Positions 49,536-60,539 are shown, numbered from the stretch's first letter. The stretch is DNA of 64,000 nucleotides from Anthoceros angustus (GCA_010909165.1 VJWM01000108.1:434001-498000), one strand, 5' to 3'. The notes: a model not told the origin generated them from the sequence alone. A program made the numbers and translations.

Positions 49536-49588
49536 GACGGAAATCCGTCCTTAGTGGACTTAAATAAAATTCTTCTTCTTCTTCTTCT
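49536..49588 (+). mobile_element. 3' end of a non-LTR retroelement (LINE/SINE, RTE-like), severely 5'-truncated
   Basis: The hairpin GACGGA-AA-TCCGTC is followed by AATAAA and a (TTC)6 tail. It is near-identical to 61066-61118. Confidence 0.55.
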
Positions 49589-50395
49589 ATCTTCTTGTCA
49601 CGCATGAAGCAAATAGTAATTAGTGTGTGCGAAGTGTAGACCTCAAAGTCCTTTCTAGAAACTTATTTCCCCAGTTCCTTTTTTCTTTCGACACAGGCTA
49701 AATAAACTCCACACGAACTGATAGCGCATCTTCCCAAAGCAAGGCATATGGGCCCACCTTCAAGCCATCCTATATGCCCGTTTCTACCATGCCATGTCGA
49801 GACCGATCACGGATTAGTTGCAAAGGCAAAGCGAGCCGGATCTGGATAAGGTGTCGGACGAGACGCTTTCAGTCTCCTTTTGATTCATCTCCCGAAACCC
49901 ACTACCTCCCGACTTCGCGTTATGGGATGTCTCAATAGGTTTGCTTTCTTTCAAGAATAGACAATTTTTTACTCCGACATTCTTATCTCCACAAAGTGAC
50001 ATTATCATACGTGAGTGTGATCTTACACCCAAACGGAACGGAGACCAAAGACCTGACCGAGAGATGCAGGTCACAGGGTTGCTGCCACCGGCGTCCGCGA
50101 CGGTGGTGGCGAACGGTGCAGCGGACGGCTGAGAGCTATGGCATATGCACATGGAGATGAGGATGGGCTAGGTGGTGACCATTTCTCCAGGACAGCCTGC
50201 AAAACGAGCGTAGTACGTGAGGATCCTACCTGGGCAGGGCAGAAGGAAATCTCCAATCAGGGGATAATGGAGTCTGGATGAACTTACAATTGCACCAGCT
50301 GCGCCAAAGAATGCACTGGGCTTTTGACGGCGTCCCTGGCCGGAAAAGGCAGGCAGGAGGGCAGGAACAAGTCGAGCAGCAGGGGCTAACCATGG

Positions 50396-52600
50396 TCAGA
50401 CAGTTGCCGTTGCAGACCGTCTCTCTAAGAAATGGTTGAGGACTATGTCCTTCACCACGGGATCCTGTTGCACCAAACGTTTAGCATGAAACTCTTCAGC
50501 TTCTTCCACCCTACCTGCCTCCCGCAGCACCTGTTCTATGATGGAGGCACTCACACGAGTGATTTTTGTGCCCGACCTGACCATCTCCTCGTACACCTCT
50601 ACGGCCATGGCCACCTCTTTGGCCTCCATGCACGCCGCCATCACTGTTGTGAAGGCAAAGGCATTGGGAAGAGCGCCCTTTTCAGGCATCTTCTGCAGAA
50701 GATCACGGGCTTCCTGCAGTTTGCCCAGGCGTCCCAAGGTCCGGAGGATCACTGCAAACGTCTGGTTGTTGGGCGGGCAGCGAGCCTCCAGCATCTGCTG
50801 ATACATGCTCATGGCCTTGTCATGCTCACCAGCCCTGCCCATAGCATCGATGAGTATGGTGTAGCTGATCTGGTTGGGCTGACACTTGCATTCTGTCATC
50901 TGCTGAAACACTTGCAGTGCTCCCTCCAGGGAGTTGGCCTTGACATAGGCATTGATGATGGTATTGAAGGTCACCACCGACACCTCCAGGCCCTGCGCCT
51001 GCATATCATTCAGCAGCTCGTCGATCTTCTTCAGATCACGAGCCTGTCCCACGAGGTCGATCACCTTGTTGTACCCATACACGCTGTGCTTGTACCCTTG
51101 CTCGTTCTTCAGCCACTGGAAGAAGTTCCAAGCAGCATCCGGGTCTCTCACCCGCTTCAGAACCTCCACCACGAACTCGTGACTCTTCCTCGAGATGCTG
51201 AGATGCTGGAGCACTTGCACGGCACTGGGCCCCCAGTTGGACACCAGTCTCACCACGCTGTTCACACTGACATCAGCCGGGTTCAGCTTCACGACTTTCC
51301 CTCCCACTTGCACGTACAGCATCTTGCCCTGCTTCGACTGGGGGCCTGGTGCGGCAGCAGCAGCAGAAGCAGCAGGAGCTGATGCTGCATTGCCTGCCTC
51401 CTCCACTGCCATGCTGTTCGATGAATCTGCTGTTGCTGCTGCACCATCCTCCTCCTTCCTCTTGCTGCTCCCGGCTTGCACAGTGCCACCATAAGCCTGC
51501 TTCATGAGTGCTTCAGCCTCCTGAGCTCTTCCCACCTTCTGCAAAGTCTTGGAAAGCAGAACGTACATGGTCCTGGCAGGCCTCAGGCCCGCAGCCTTCA
51601 TGTTCTGCAGGCAGAGCAGAGCCTTGTCAGCATCCCCGGCCTTGGCATACGCAGAAATGACTGCACTGTGGGTGATGGCTGTGGGCTTGCACCCGGCCTC
51701 CGACATCCGCTGGAACAGCTTGTAGGCTTCCTCGGACTTCCCGGCCTCTCCCAGGCTGTGGATGAGGACAGTGTATGTATGGGCGCTGAGGCGGCATCCG
51801 GCCTCCACCATGCGCCGGTACACAGAGCTGGCATCGTCATGCCGTCCTGCCTTGGACAGCATGTCGATGAGCACCGTGTATGTCACCACATTGGGCTTAC
51901 AGCCGGAATTGGCAGGATCCACCATGAGCTCGAACACCTTCACCGCCTCCTCCACATTCCTGCTCCTCCCATAGGCTGTGATGAGCGCCGTCAACACCAC
52001 CGTGTTGGGCTTCACCCCGGCCGCCCGCATGTGCTCCAACAGAGCGGGCAAGGTGGCCGGATCTCTGCCCCGCCCCAGGCAGTCGATCATGGACGCGTAT
52101 GTGTACACATTGTGGGTGAAGCCATCCTGGGCTGCTACCCACTGGAAGAATCCCCAGCCGGCCTTGGCAGACTTCACCTGCTTCAGCACAAGATTCACCA
52201 CATAGCCCGTGAACCGGATTCCCAGCGCCACCACCGCCTGCTCTGCCTCCGGGCTCCAGCCCTTCTCCGCCAGAATGTTGCTCACGCTCTGCGCAGCCTG
52301 GTGGTTCACGGGGGCCTGCAGAGGCGAGGAGGCAGCTGTCTCCTGCTGCTGCTGCTGCACGCAATGCAGCAACACCCTGCCCCTCTTTTGCTGAATGCAA
52401 GAAGCAGCGCCATCTCCCTCGTCCAAGGATACCAACCCAGTTCGCAGACTGCCGTGCCTGGACAGCAGCAGAGCTGAGCCCGAGCCTGAGCCTGAGCCTG
52501 ATCCCCCGGTCTGGTGCACCGGGAGCAGACTCGCCAACCTTGCCCGAGGAATCCGGTACCAGCTGCTGCCACTAGCCAAGGCTGGGCACATGGGTTGCAT
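50396..52600 (-). CDS. P-class pentatricopeptide repeat protein, 734 aa, intronless
   Basis: An uninterrupted ORF with tandem 35-aa P motifs (VYTYASMIDCLGRGR, VVTYTVLIDMLSKAG, VVTFNTIINAYVKAN). They form two blocks separated by an Ala/Ser linker, after a long N-terminal extension likely to be an organelle transit peptide. Confidence 0.96.
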   Translation of the reverse strand: MQPMCPALASGSSWYRIPRARLASLLPVHQTGGSGSGSGSGSALLLSRHGSLRTGLVSLDEGDGAASCIQQKRGRVLLHCVQQQQQETAASSPLQAPVNHQAAQSVSNILAEKGWSPEAEQAVVALGIRFTGYVVNLVLKQVKSAKAGWGFFQWVAAQDGFTHNVYTYASMIDCLGRGRDPATLPALLEHMRAAGVKPNTVVLTALITAYGRSRNVEEAVKVFELMVDPANSGCKPNVVTYTVLIDMLSKAGRHDDASSVYRRMVEAGCRLSAHTYTVLIHSLGEAGKSEEAYKLFQRMSEAGCKPTAITHSAVISAYAKAGDADKALLCLQNMKAAGLRPARTMYVLLSKTLQKVGRAQEAEALMKQAYGGTVQAGSSKRKEEDGAAATADSSNSMAVEEAGNAASAPAASAAAAAPGPQSKQGKMLYVQVGGKVVKLNPADVSVNSVVRLVSNWGPSAVQVLQHLSISRKSHEFVVEVLKRVRDPDAAWNFFQWLKNEQGYKHSVYGYNKVIDLVGQARDLKKIDELLNDMQAQGLEVSVVTFNTIINAYVKANSLEGALQVFQQMTECKCQPNQISYTILIDAMGRAGEHDKAMSMYQQMLEARCPPNNQTFAVILRTLGRLGKLQEARDLLQKMPEKGALPNAFAFTTVMAACMEAKEVAMAVEVYEEMVRSGTKITRVSASIIEQVLREAGRVEEAEEFHAKRLVQQDPVVKDIVLNHFLERRSATATV

Positions 52601-52945
52601 CGCTGCCCGCCACGGAGTGAAGCAGCGGAGATGGCCTCAAGCTCTGGACGATAAAATCACACCAACCATCTCTCGTGCTTTGCTTTTTGTATTTCAAGCT
52701 TGCAACCGCCCAGGAAGACGAGCAAACAGTGAGGTGTCCCTGTAGCAACAGAATTTTTCCAGAGATCAAGCAACCAGTCAAATAATCCACCCTTAACAAA
52801 CGTCAAGGTGGCAAATGAATCATTGCTTCCACAAATCGCTAGCAGCAGCTTGCCCCTATCCCAAACCTTGACTGCTCTGGGTTGGAAGAATGGTCACGTG
52901 TTCACAACGCTGTGATCTTTTTGTTGTGTGCTACAGGGGATAGAT
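52601..52945. promoter_or_regulatory. Probable bidirectional promoter between the two PPR genes
   Basis: The divergent ATGs at 52600 (-) and 52946 (+) are separated by only 345 bp. Inferred from gene geometry. Confidence 0.5.
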
Positions 52946-55900
52946 ATGCCTATACGTTTGGATCAATCTGCTGCTCCGAATGCTGACATTCAAAAACCTA
53001 GGGACGTAGGTGGTCTAAGAAGAGCTCCTGCTCATCTGCGTTCAGGGAATCAACTGGTGTCAATCAATGAAGCAGCCAGGTGCAGCAGCTGTGCAAGGAA
53101 GCCAGCTGGGGTGGATGCTCAGCTCGTTGATGGGCATACGCAGATGAATCATCGGCTTACTGGTGCTCCTACATCCAACTGGAGCGTGAGGGATGATGGT
53201 ATCCCTCGGAGGCCTGCAGGATACGGAGGTGGCGTGACGGCCGAAGCAGTAAGCAACCTATGTCAGCAGGGAAAGCTTAGCGAGGCCGTCGAGGGTCTGG
53301 AAGCTCTGGTGCAGGGAGGGTGTCGTATTTCTAAATCTCTTGTTTATGGTGTGCTGAAAAGGTGTGTTGCTGAGAAAGATCTGCTTTCAGGCAGGCGTGT
53401 TCATGCTGTAACCGTGAAGAAGGGCTATGGGTCGGACACGTTCTTGTGCAACCACATCCTGCGGATGTATGCTGCTCATGGCCGGTTGCAGGAAGCCATG
53501 GATGTGTTCATCATGGTTGCTAGACCAGACGCCTTTATGTGGTCTTCGGTTATCTCTGCGCATGTCAAGCACGGAAAAGATGAGCGTGCTATACAATTGT
53601 ATCATGGAATGTGCAGGTCTGGTGTGAAGCCTGATGGGCACGTATTTGTGGCAGCCCTTCAGGCTTGTGCAAGGGGAACGGACTTGAAGTCTGGGCAGCA
53701 GGTGCATGCTGATGTTCTGGCCAGTGGGGTTGAGCCTAATTTGTTTGTCTGGAATTGCTTGGTGGACATGTATGTGAAGTGTGGCAGCTTGGAAGAAGCT
53801 CGAAGAGTGTTCGATGGAGTTGGCAAAAAGGACGTGGTAACGTGGACTGCCATGATGCAAGGATATTCTCAGCACGGCATGGGGCCCGAAGCCCTTCGTC
53901 TCTACGCTGTTATGCAAGAAGAAGGCATCGAGGCACCGAATTCCATGACATTTGTCTGCCTCCTGCAGGCTTGTGCAAGTGTCGGCGCCCCAGCTTTGGA
54001 GAAGGGGAAGCAGCTTCATGCACAAATCAGAGAAAAAGGATATGAAGCAGATGTATTTTTAGCTAGCAGCTTGGTAGACATGTACGCAAAGTGTGGCAGC
54101 CTAGAGGATGCTCGGAGTGTGTTCGACGGACTTGGGCAAAGGAATGTGGTGATGTGGACCGCCATGATAGCTGGATATTCCCAGCAGGGCAAGGGACAGG
54201 AAGCCCTTGATCTTTACAGGGCGATGCAAGAAGAGGGTATTATAGCACCCAACACTGTGACATTTTTGTGCCTTCTGCAGGCATGTGCAAGTGTCGGCTC
54301 TCCAGCTTTGGAGAAGGGGAAGCAGCTTCATGCGCAGATTAGAGAGAGAGGCCTACAAACTGACGTATGTGTAGCAAGCAGTTTGGTAGACATGTATGCC
54401 AAGTGTGGCAGCCTAGAGAATGCTCGGAGTGTGTTTGACAGGCTTGGTCAAAAAAATGTGGTCACGTGGAGTGCTATGATAGCAGGATACTCGCAGCAGG
54501 GCCAGGGGCAGGAAGCCCTGGATCTTTTCAGGGCTATGCAAGACGAAGGTTTTGTTGCACCAAATTATGTGACATTTGTGTGCCTGCTGCAGGCATGTGC
54601 AAGTGTGGGGACCTCGGCACTGGAGAAGGGCAAGCAGCTTCATGCACAAATTAGAGAGCGAGGGCTTCAAGGTGATGCGTTTGTAACCAACACTTTAGTG
54701 CACATGTACGCGAAGTGTGGCAGCTTGGAAGACGCCCAAAGCGTGTTTGACCAGCTTGATGAAAAAGATGTGGTGACGTGGAATGCCATGTTAGCGGCCT
54801 ACTCCCACCGAGGCCTGGGCCAGGAAGCTCTCTCTCTTTACAGTGATATGCAACAAGAAGGATTGGCTGCACCTGATTCTGTGACATTTGTGTGCCTACT
54901 GCAGGCATGTGGAAGTGTGGGCATCGTGGCTTTGGAGATGGGGAAGCAGCTCCATGCACAAATTCGAGATCGAGGGCTTCAAGGTGATGTGTTTGTAGCC
55001 AACAGTTTGGTAGACATGTATGCAAAGTGTGGCAGCTTGGAAGATGCTCTGAGGGTGTTTAATGGACTTGGTCAAAAAGATGTGGTGGCATGGACTGCTC
55101 TAATTTCAGGATATTCTCAACAAGGCATGGGCCAGGAAGCCCTTCAACTATACGGTGCTATGCAAGAAGAAGGCATCTCTGTATGCAATTCAGTGACATT
55201 TGTGTGCCTCCTGCACGCAAGTGCAAATGTGGCAGCTTTGTATCTGGGAAGGCAGCTACATGCACAGATTGAAGAACAAGGGCTTCAATCTGATGTGCTT
55301 GTGGCCAGCAGTTTGATAAACATGTACGGGAAGTCCGGGAGCATGGTTGATGCACAGGAAGTGTTTGAGGCAATGCCCGAAAGAGATGTTGCGACCTGGA
55401 GAGCACTGATTGCAGGCTACACCTGCCAGGGAGACAGTGAAGTGGTCTTTGACTTGCTCCACAGAATGAGAGAGGATGGCATACAGCCAGACGGAATTAC
55501 GTTCCTTAATGTGCTCACAGCATGCAGTCATGCTGGTCTACTGGAAAAGGGCAGCAAGTACTTTGAGGCTATGAGCAAACACTACGACATCACTCCGACG
55601 GTGGAGCACTACACATGCATGGTTGATCTGCTGGGCCGTGTAGGCCGACTGGACGAGGCTCTATCTTTGGTGAGGACAATGCCTGTATTGCCCAGTAATG
55701 TTATTTGGCTCACTCTGTTGGGTGCTTGCCAAAAGTGGAGCAACCTGGAGGTAGGAGGCCATGCTTTCCATGAAGCAGTGAAGCTAGACAAGAGAGATGC
55801 TGCAGCGTATGTACTCATGGCAAACATATATACTAGTGCCGCTATGTGGGAGCAGGCACAAGGGATGCACTTGAGGAGGAAAGGGATCAGGGCATGGAAG

Positions 55901-56038
55901 CAGCCAGGTCAGAGCTGGTGGACAGGCATGGATGGACTGGTGCATAGTTTCTCAGTTGGGATAAGAAGAATCCCACGAGAAAGCAATGCTGAAACAACTT
56001 CTTTGAAATGTGAAGGAAGGAGGGTCTGTCACATCTGA
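52946..56038 (+). CDS. PLS-class PPR protein with E1/E2, PG box and partial E+, no DYW (organellar RNA editing factor type), intronless
   Basis: About 20 P/L/S motifs, then P2-L2-S2, E1 (NVIWLTLLGAC), E2 (AAAYVLMANIY) and the PG box KQPGQSW..VHSFSVG. The stop comes 25 codons later. The first ATG is at 52946 (the ORF-track start at 52928 is GTG). Confidence 0.96.
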   Translation: MPIRLDQSAAPNADIQKPRDVGGLRRAPAHLRSGNQLVSINEAARCSSCARKPAGVDAQLVDGHTQMNHRLTGAPTSNWSVRDDGIPRRPAGYGGGVTAEAVSNLCQQGKLSEAVEGLEALVQGGCRISKSLVYGVLKRCVAEKDLLSGRRVHAVTVKKGYGSDTFLCNHILRMYAAHGRLQEAMDVFIMVARPDAFMWSSVISAHVKHGKDERAIQLYHGMCRSGVKPDGHVFVAALQACARGTDLKSGQQVHADVLASGVEPNLFVWNCLVDMYVKCGSLEEARRVFDGVGKKDVVTWTAMMQGYSQHGMGPEALRLYAVMQEEGIEAPNSMTFVCLLQACASVGAPALEKGKQLHAQIREKGYEADVFLASSLVDMYAKCGSLEDARSVFDGLGQRNVVMWTAMIAGYSQQGKGQEALDLYRAMQEEGIIAPNTVTFLCLLQACASVGSPALEKGKQLHAQIRERGLQTDVCVASSLVDMYAKCGSLENARSVFDRLGQKNVVTWSAMIAGYSQQGQGQEALDLFRAMQDEGFVAPNYVTFVCLLQACASVGTSALEKGKQLHAQIRERGLQGDAFVTNTLVHMYAKCGSLEDAQSVFDQLDEKDVVTWNAMLAAYSHRGLGQEALSLYSDMQQEGLAAPDSVTFVCLLQACGSVGIVALEMGKQLHAQIRDRGLQGDVFVANSLVDMYAKCGSLEDALRVFNGLGQKDVVAWTALISGYSQQGMGQEALQLYGAMQEEGISVCNSVTFVCLLHASANVAALYLGRQLHAQIEEQGLQSDVLVASSLINMYGKSGSMVDAQEVFEAMPERDVATWRALIAGYTCQGDSEVVFDLLHRMREDGIQPDGITFLNVLTACSHAGLLEKGSKYFEAMSKHYDITPTVEHYTCMVDLLGRVGRLDEALSLVRTMPVLPSNVIWLTLLGACQKWSNLEVGGHAFHEAVKLDKRDAAAYVLMANIYTSAAMWEQAQGMHLRRKGIRAWKQPGQSWWTGMDGLVHSFSVGIRRIPRESNAETTSLKCEGRRVCHI

Positions 56039-56121
56039 CACCAGCAGATATCAGCGCACCTTGGTGCATGTCTGAAATCCCTTCACACAGATCGGGAATC
56101 GTGAAGTCTCATAATAACAAC

Positions 56122-59100
56122 TCATCGAACACGGATTGAGTTATACAGAGAAACATACTGCCCAGCCGATTTGTTCCAACTGTTGTCCACTTGCATGACC
56201 TTTGAGGTCAAATCCAGCCACCACGCAGGCTCTACAGGCAGAAGGTGCTCGGTTAAGCAAAACCAAGGACAGAGAGTCATAGATAACGACACCCACGACG
56301 TACTTTCTTTGTAGTACTGCAGAGCCCGCCCCAAAGCACTGTCCAGAGCTGATTCGCTGATACCATCGAACACAAATCTGCGCAGAATGGGCAGTGACAG
56401 TTAACTGGCGCACCCCGCTACAATTGCCTCACTACTACCCTGTCTTGCCAAGAACACTTGCGCTTACCCGTTGGCTGTCTGTGCGGATGCTTGGTCATCT
56501 ACATCAAACACAGTGTCTGCCAAGCCTCCAGTCCTTCGGACGACAGGAATCTGACAGTACGTGGAAAATATCACAATCAACAAGAATTGACGATTGCACC
56601 CACCATCAGCTGAATTCACAAACACACAAATATGTATCGTGTTAGCCAGCAAGGAAGACAATCTGCCTCGGTAGAATAGGGCAGAACCAGGAGATTACAG
56701 CTCCATAGCGCATGCCAATCATCTGCGTTAAACCACATGGTTCGAACATCGATGGCACTAGCACAATGTCGGCAGCAGCGTATAGCAAGTGGGCCAACTC
56801 CTCACTGCAAGAAACAGGTGTCAGTGTCTTTAGAGCGCAACGGGGTGACGGTAGAAACAGCAACAAGAAGACACTGTGGCTCAAGGACGAATTCGACCTG
56901 TAAGTTGGCAACACTCGGATCCGTTTGTTGTCCACTTGCATGACCTTTGAGGTCAAATCCAGCCACCACGCAGGCTCTACAGGCAGAAGGTGCTCGGCAA
57001 AACCAAGGACAGAGAGTCATAGATAACGACACCCACGACGTACTTTCTTTGTAGTACTGCAGAGCCCGCCCCAAAGCACTGTCCAGAGCTGATTCGCTGA
57101 TACCATCGAACACAAATCTGCAGAATGGGCAGTGACAGTTAACTGGCGCACCCTGCCAATTGCCTCACTACTACCCTGTCTTGCCAAGAACACTTGCGCT
57201 TACCCGTTGGCTGTCTGTGCGGATGCTTGGTCATCTACATCAAACACAGTGTCTGCCAAGCCTCCAGTCCTTCGGACGACAGGAATCTGACAGTACGTGG
57301 AAAATATCACAATCAACAAGAATTGACGATTGCACCCACCATCAGCTGAATTCACAAACACACAAATATGTATCGTGTTAGCCAGCAAGGAAGACAATCT
57401 GCCTCGGTAGAATAGGGCAGAACCAGGAGATTACAGCTCCATAGCGCATGCCAATCATCTGCGTTAAACCACATGGTTCGAACATCGATGGCACTAGCAC
57501 AATGTCGGCAGCAGCGTATAGCAAGTGGGCCAACTCCTCACTGCAAGAAACAGGTGTCAGTGTCTTTAGAGCGCAACGGGGTGACGGTAGAAACAGCAAC
57601 AAGAAGACACTGTGGCTCAAGGACGAATTCGACCTGTAAGTTGGCAACACTCGGATCCGTTTGTTGTCCTTCAGCTGCGAGTCCCAACAGTCACACACAG
57701 AAAGCTCAGCTTCTGTATAGACGTTCAACTAACCTAACGTGCCTGCTTCAGTCACCAGCTCTGCTGACAGCAGCTTTCCTTCCCCAAAAAGGAGTAGTAC
57801 CTGATGTGCCAGCTGCTCAAATTCACCTTGCACACGAGCCTCAGGAGCTGTTCCTAGCAAGATGAACTGCCCCCCCTGACCACAAACACACATACACACA
57901 CCTGCCTCAGATGCCTGTGCAAAAATCAAAACCATGGCGAGAGACCAGAGTGAAACAGAAGATATTCTTGAAAACAAATACCAGCTTCTCAACATGCCAA
58001 AGTGCATGGCGGATTAGGTGAATCCCTTTCTGAGCCACTAATCTAGTTATGCAGACAACCAGTGGCAGACGTTGCCTCTCACTCCCGTTAAGGTTGTCTG
58101 TAGGCAGGGTATCAAGGTCCAGACCCAGCCCTCTTTGTACATAGTGCTTACAGATCTGTTTGCCATCAAGCTCCTTTGCTGCACAGATCACCAAAAAGGC
58201 CACCCGGCCGGGGGTAAGCAGCTGATACGTCCGGTGAACAGGAGTTTTGAACAGGACAAGCAAGAAAGTTAACTTTATAATCGGCTGGTTTCGCATTCTA
58301 CACAAATGACATGGGGTGTGGAGTACCTGTAAACCCTACTGGGAGTACAGGATCTTTAGCTGGATCCCAAAGCACGGTGTCTATTCCGTTCAAGATACCA
58401 GAGTACCTGCGTACCACACGAGACAGTGTTAGAGGATTATGGTGAAACTTGGTCAAACTCAGAGTATCAAGGAGGTACAGCCTATACTTGTTACGGTGCT
58501 TCATTAAAGTGCTTGACAGCCACCCTGAACATAAAGTCTCATTCACATACGTTGGTGACACAGTTCTGCAGAGAGACCAAAGTGCTGAAACCATGAGCGG
58601 ACAAAATTCCTAGAAGCTACGAGGCTAAAAGTATGTGACAAGCAATTGGAAGGTGATGTCCGTCTTGATCCCTTCAAACAAATGACTGACATGACATTTC
58701 ACAACCATAACTACAAACATTTCAAACGCTTACGTGACAGCATTGCTGTAAACAATCCCCCCTTTCAACAAACTGAGTCTTTCAGGGTTGTGACCAATAG
58801 TTCGATCATCAACTGCCTGTGTGAAGCCGGCAGATAGAGTCACATGAATGGGGAATACATCGTATAAACATGCTTTTGAAATGTGAGAGGTCAGTACCTT
58901 GTCTGGAACTAGATATAGAGCACCGTCTAACCCACACATGTCCAATTGCTCAGACCTGCAGGAGGCCAACCAACAGGACACGTCATTGAAGAAAAGTGAC
59001 ACGTGGAGCAAACAAGTTGAAAGGTAGAGGAACAGAAACTGGCTAGGGAGGGGCTGGAGCTTGCCTGCATTCTCCATGGTGCTCCATGTTGTGGATGGTG

Positions 59101-60539
59101 AGAACAAGTCGTATCTTCTGCCATATCACAAGAATGCACATGACGCTACAGCATGCAGATCCATACAAACAATCTGTTGTGAAGACGTATTCTTACATCT
59201 GCACGATCATAAACACATGAATAAGCAAAGACGGACCTGGAGAGCCAGATGATGGTATATATCCCAGTACAGCAAAGGAAGGCCGCCCACATGCCATTCA
59301 TGCACGTGTATTATATCCGGCTGTGTTCGAGTTACCTGCGACAAGGCCGCCGTGGGTAACAGCAACCAATGCAACCCATGGTTGGCACAGGAAGAGAAGT
59401 ATAGAATGAGGGTACACCAACCTGCATCCATTCCAAACATGCTCGACTGAAAAACAAGTAAGCTTCCAGCTCATCATACGAACCTCCGTAGATACGATTT
59501 CCTCTGAAGAAGTGATTAGATGGATGCACAAAGATGACAGGCACTCCGGACACAGTGCCTCTGTAATTGGTGACCGAGACCGTGCCTCCCCTATGAAAAG
59601 ATAGGTACGTCTCAATTGCAGTCAAATTCTCTATCTGGTCCCTGGGAATGCATTCATAGAAGGGCAGCATCACTTCCACCTTGTGCCCCCTTTCAATGCA
59701 TGCCCGTGCTAGACCCGTCACCACATCAGCCAGTCCCCCAACTTTGGCCAGTGGTGCCATCTCAGCAGTGACATGCACGACATGCAGGCTCTGCCCATCA
59801 ACTGGGACATGGTTTCGGGCATCGGAACCAGCCACCATACCGTCCTCCCCATCGCTTCCTCTGTCCTTAGGAAACCTCCGCTTCCAGAAAGGCTCAGCGT
59901 CCGAGACAGACGGCCACACAATGTCGGTAGCGTCGGGGTAGAGAACGCTCGGTCCTTGCCTGCTAGCTGCAACACCAGCTACCTGCAAGAACAAAAAAGG
60001 GACTTGCACTCACAAATGCAGGCAACCCATTTGTCACACAATCAATTCAATGAAACCCACCCGTTGTTCAGCAGCCGCACTGTCGCAACTGGACAGGCTG
60101 TCTGGGGCAGCCACCACTCGTGACTCCAACTCTTCAATGCGTACACGGAGCAACTCATTCGTAGCTTGCAATTGAGCAATCTGTGCGCAAAGGGAGCAGT
60201 AAGGACCTTGTCTGCACCGTACAGTGAGGCATCTGGCAATCAGCCACAGACCTTGTCCTGGTCAGACCCATCCAACTCCAGGCCTAGGTCCTCGGTCTGG
60301 TGCTGCTGGGACTCGAGTCCAGATGACAGCGCTGTCAGGCGACCAAAATTCGCGGGCCGACGGTACCGCCCACCAAAGGCATTCGATAGCGCTATAGCAC
60401 ATTCCATGGACACGAATGTGCCCAACTTGGCATTCCGGCATGCAATTGCCCTCTTGGTTTTGCCCGCTTGCCAGCAGCCGCCAGCAGCAGGCCCCCAGGC
60501 ATGGCACTGTGTGGCGAACGCGGCAGGGGAGGCCGCCAT
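56122..60539 (-). CDS. SS6: Plastid soluble starch synthase, SSVI (SS6)-like, GT5, multi-exon
   Basis: Motifs [83 protein letters not shown]. Hand-spliced exons in frame: 60539-60252, 60180-60061, 59982-59422, 59335-59237, 59117-59065, 58955-58898, 58816-58734, 58565-58488, 58406-58327, 58178-57982, 57875-57801, 57674-57634, 57540-57435, 57286-57204, 57117-57044, 56976-56898 (chimeric). A repeat of the last exons follows, down to the stop at 56122. Confidence 0.92.
56181..57669. repeat. Tandem duplication (745 and 736 bp copies) of the last starch synthase exons
   Basis: The 8-bp microhomology tgttgtcc lies at 56181, 56926 and 57662, and the ORF track repeats with a ~736 bp offset. Confidence 0.95.

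Noticed and set aside
52480-52505. Synthetic GS linker (GSGSGSGS) suggesting an engineered construct
   Set aside because: It is a short (GAGCCT)n slippage repeat within a natural transit-peptide region, and no vector elements are nearby.
50432-54025. Long antisense ORFs (50432-51382, 51476-52477, 53387-54025) as overlapping genes
   Set aside because: These are shadow ORFs of GC-rich PPR coding sequence with no domain-like content.
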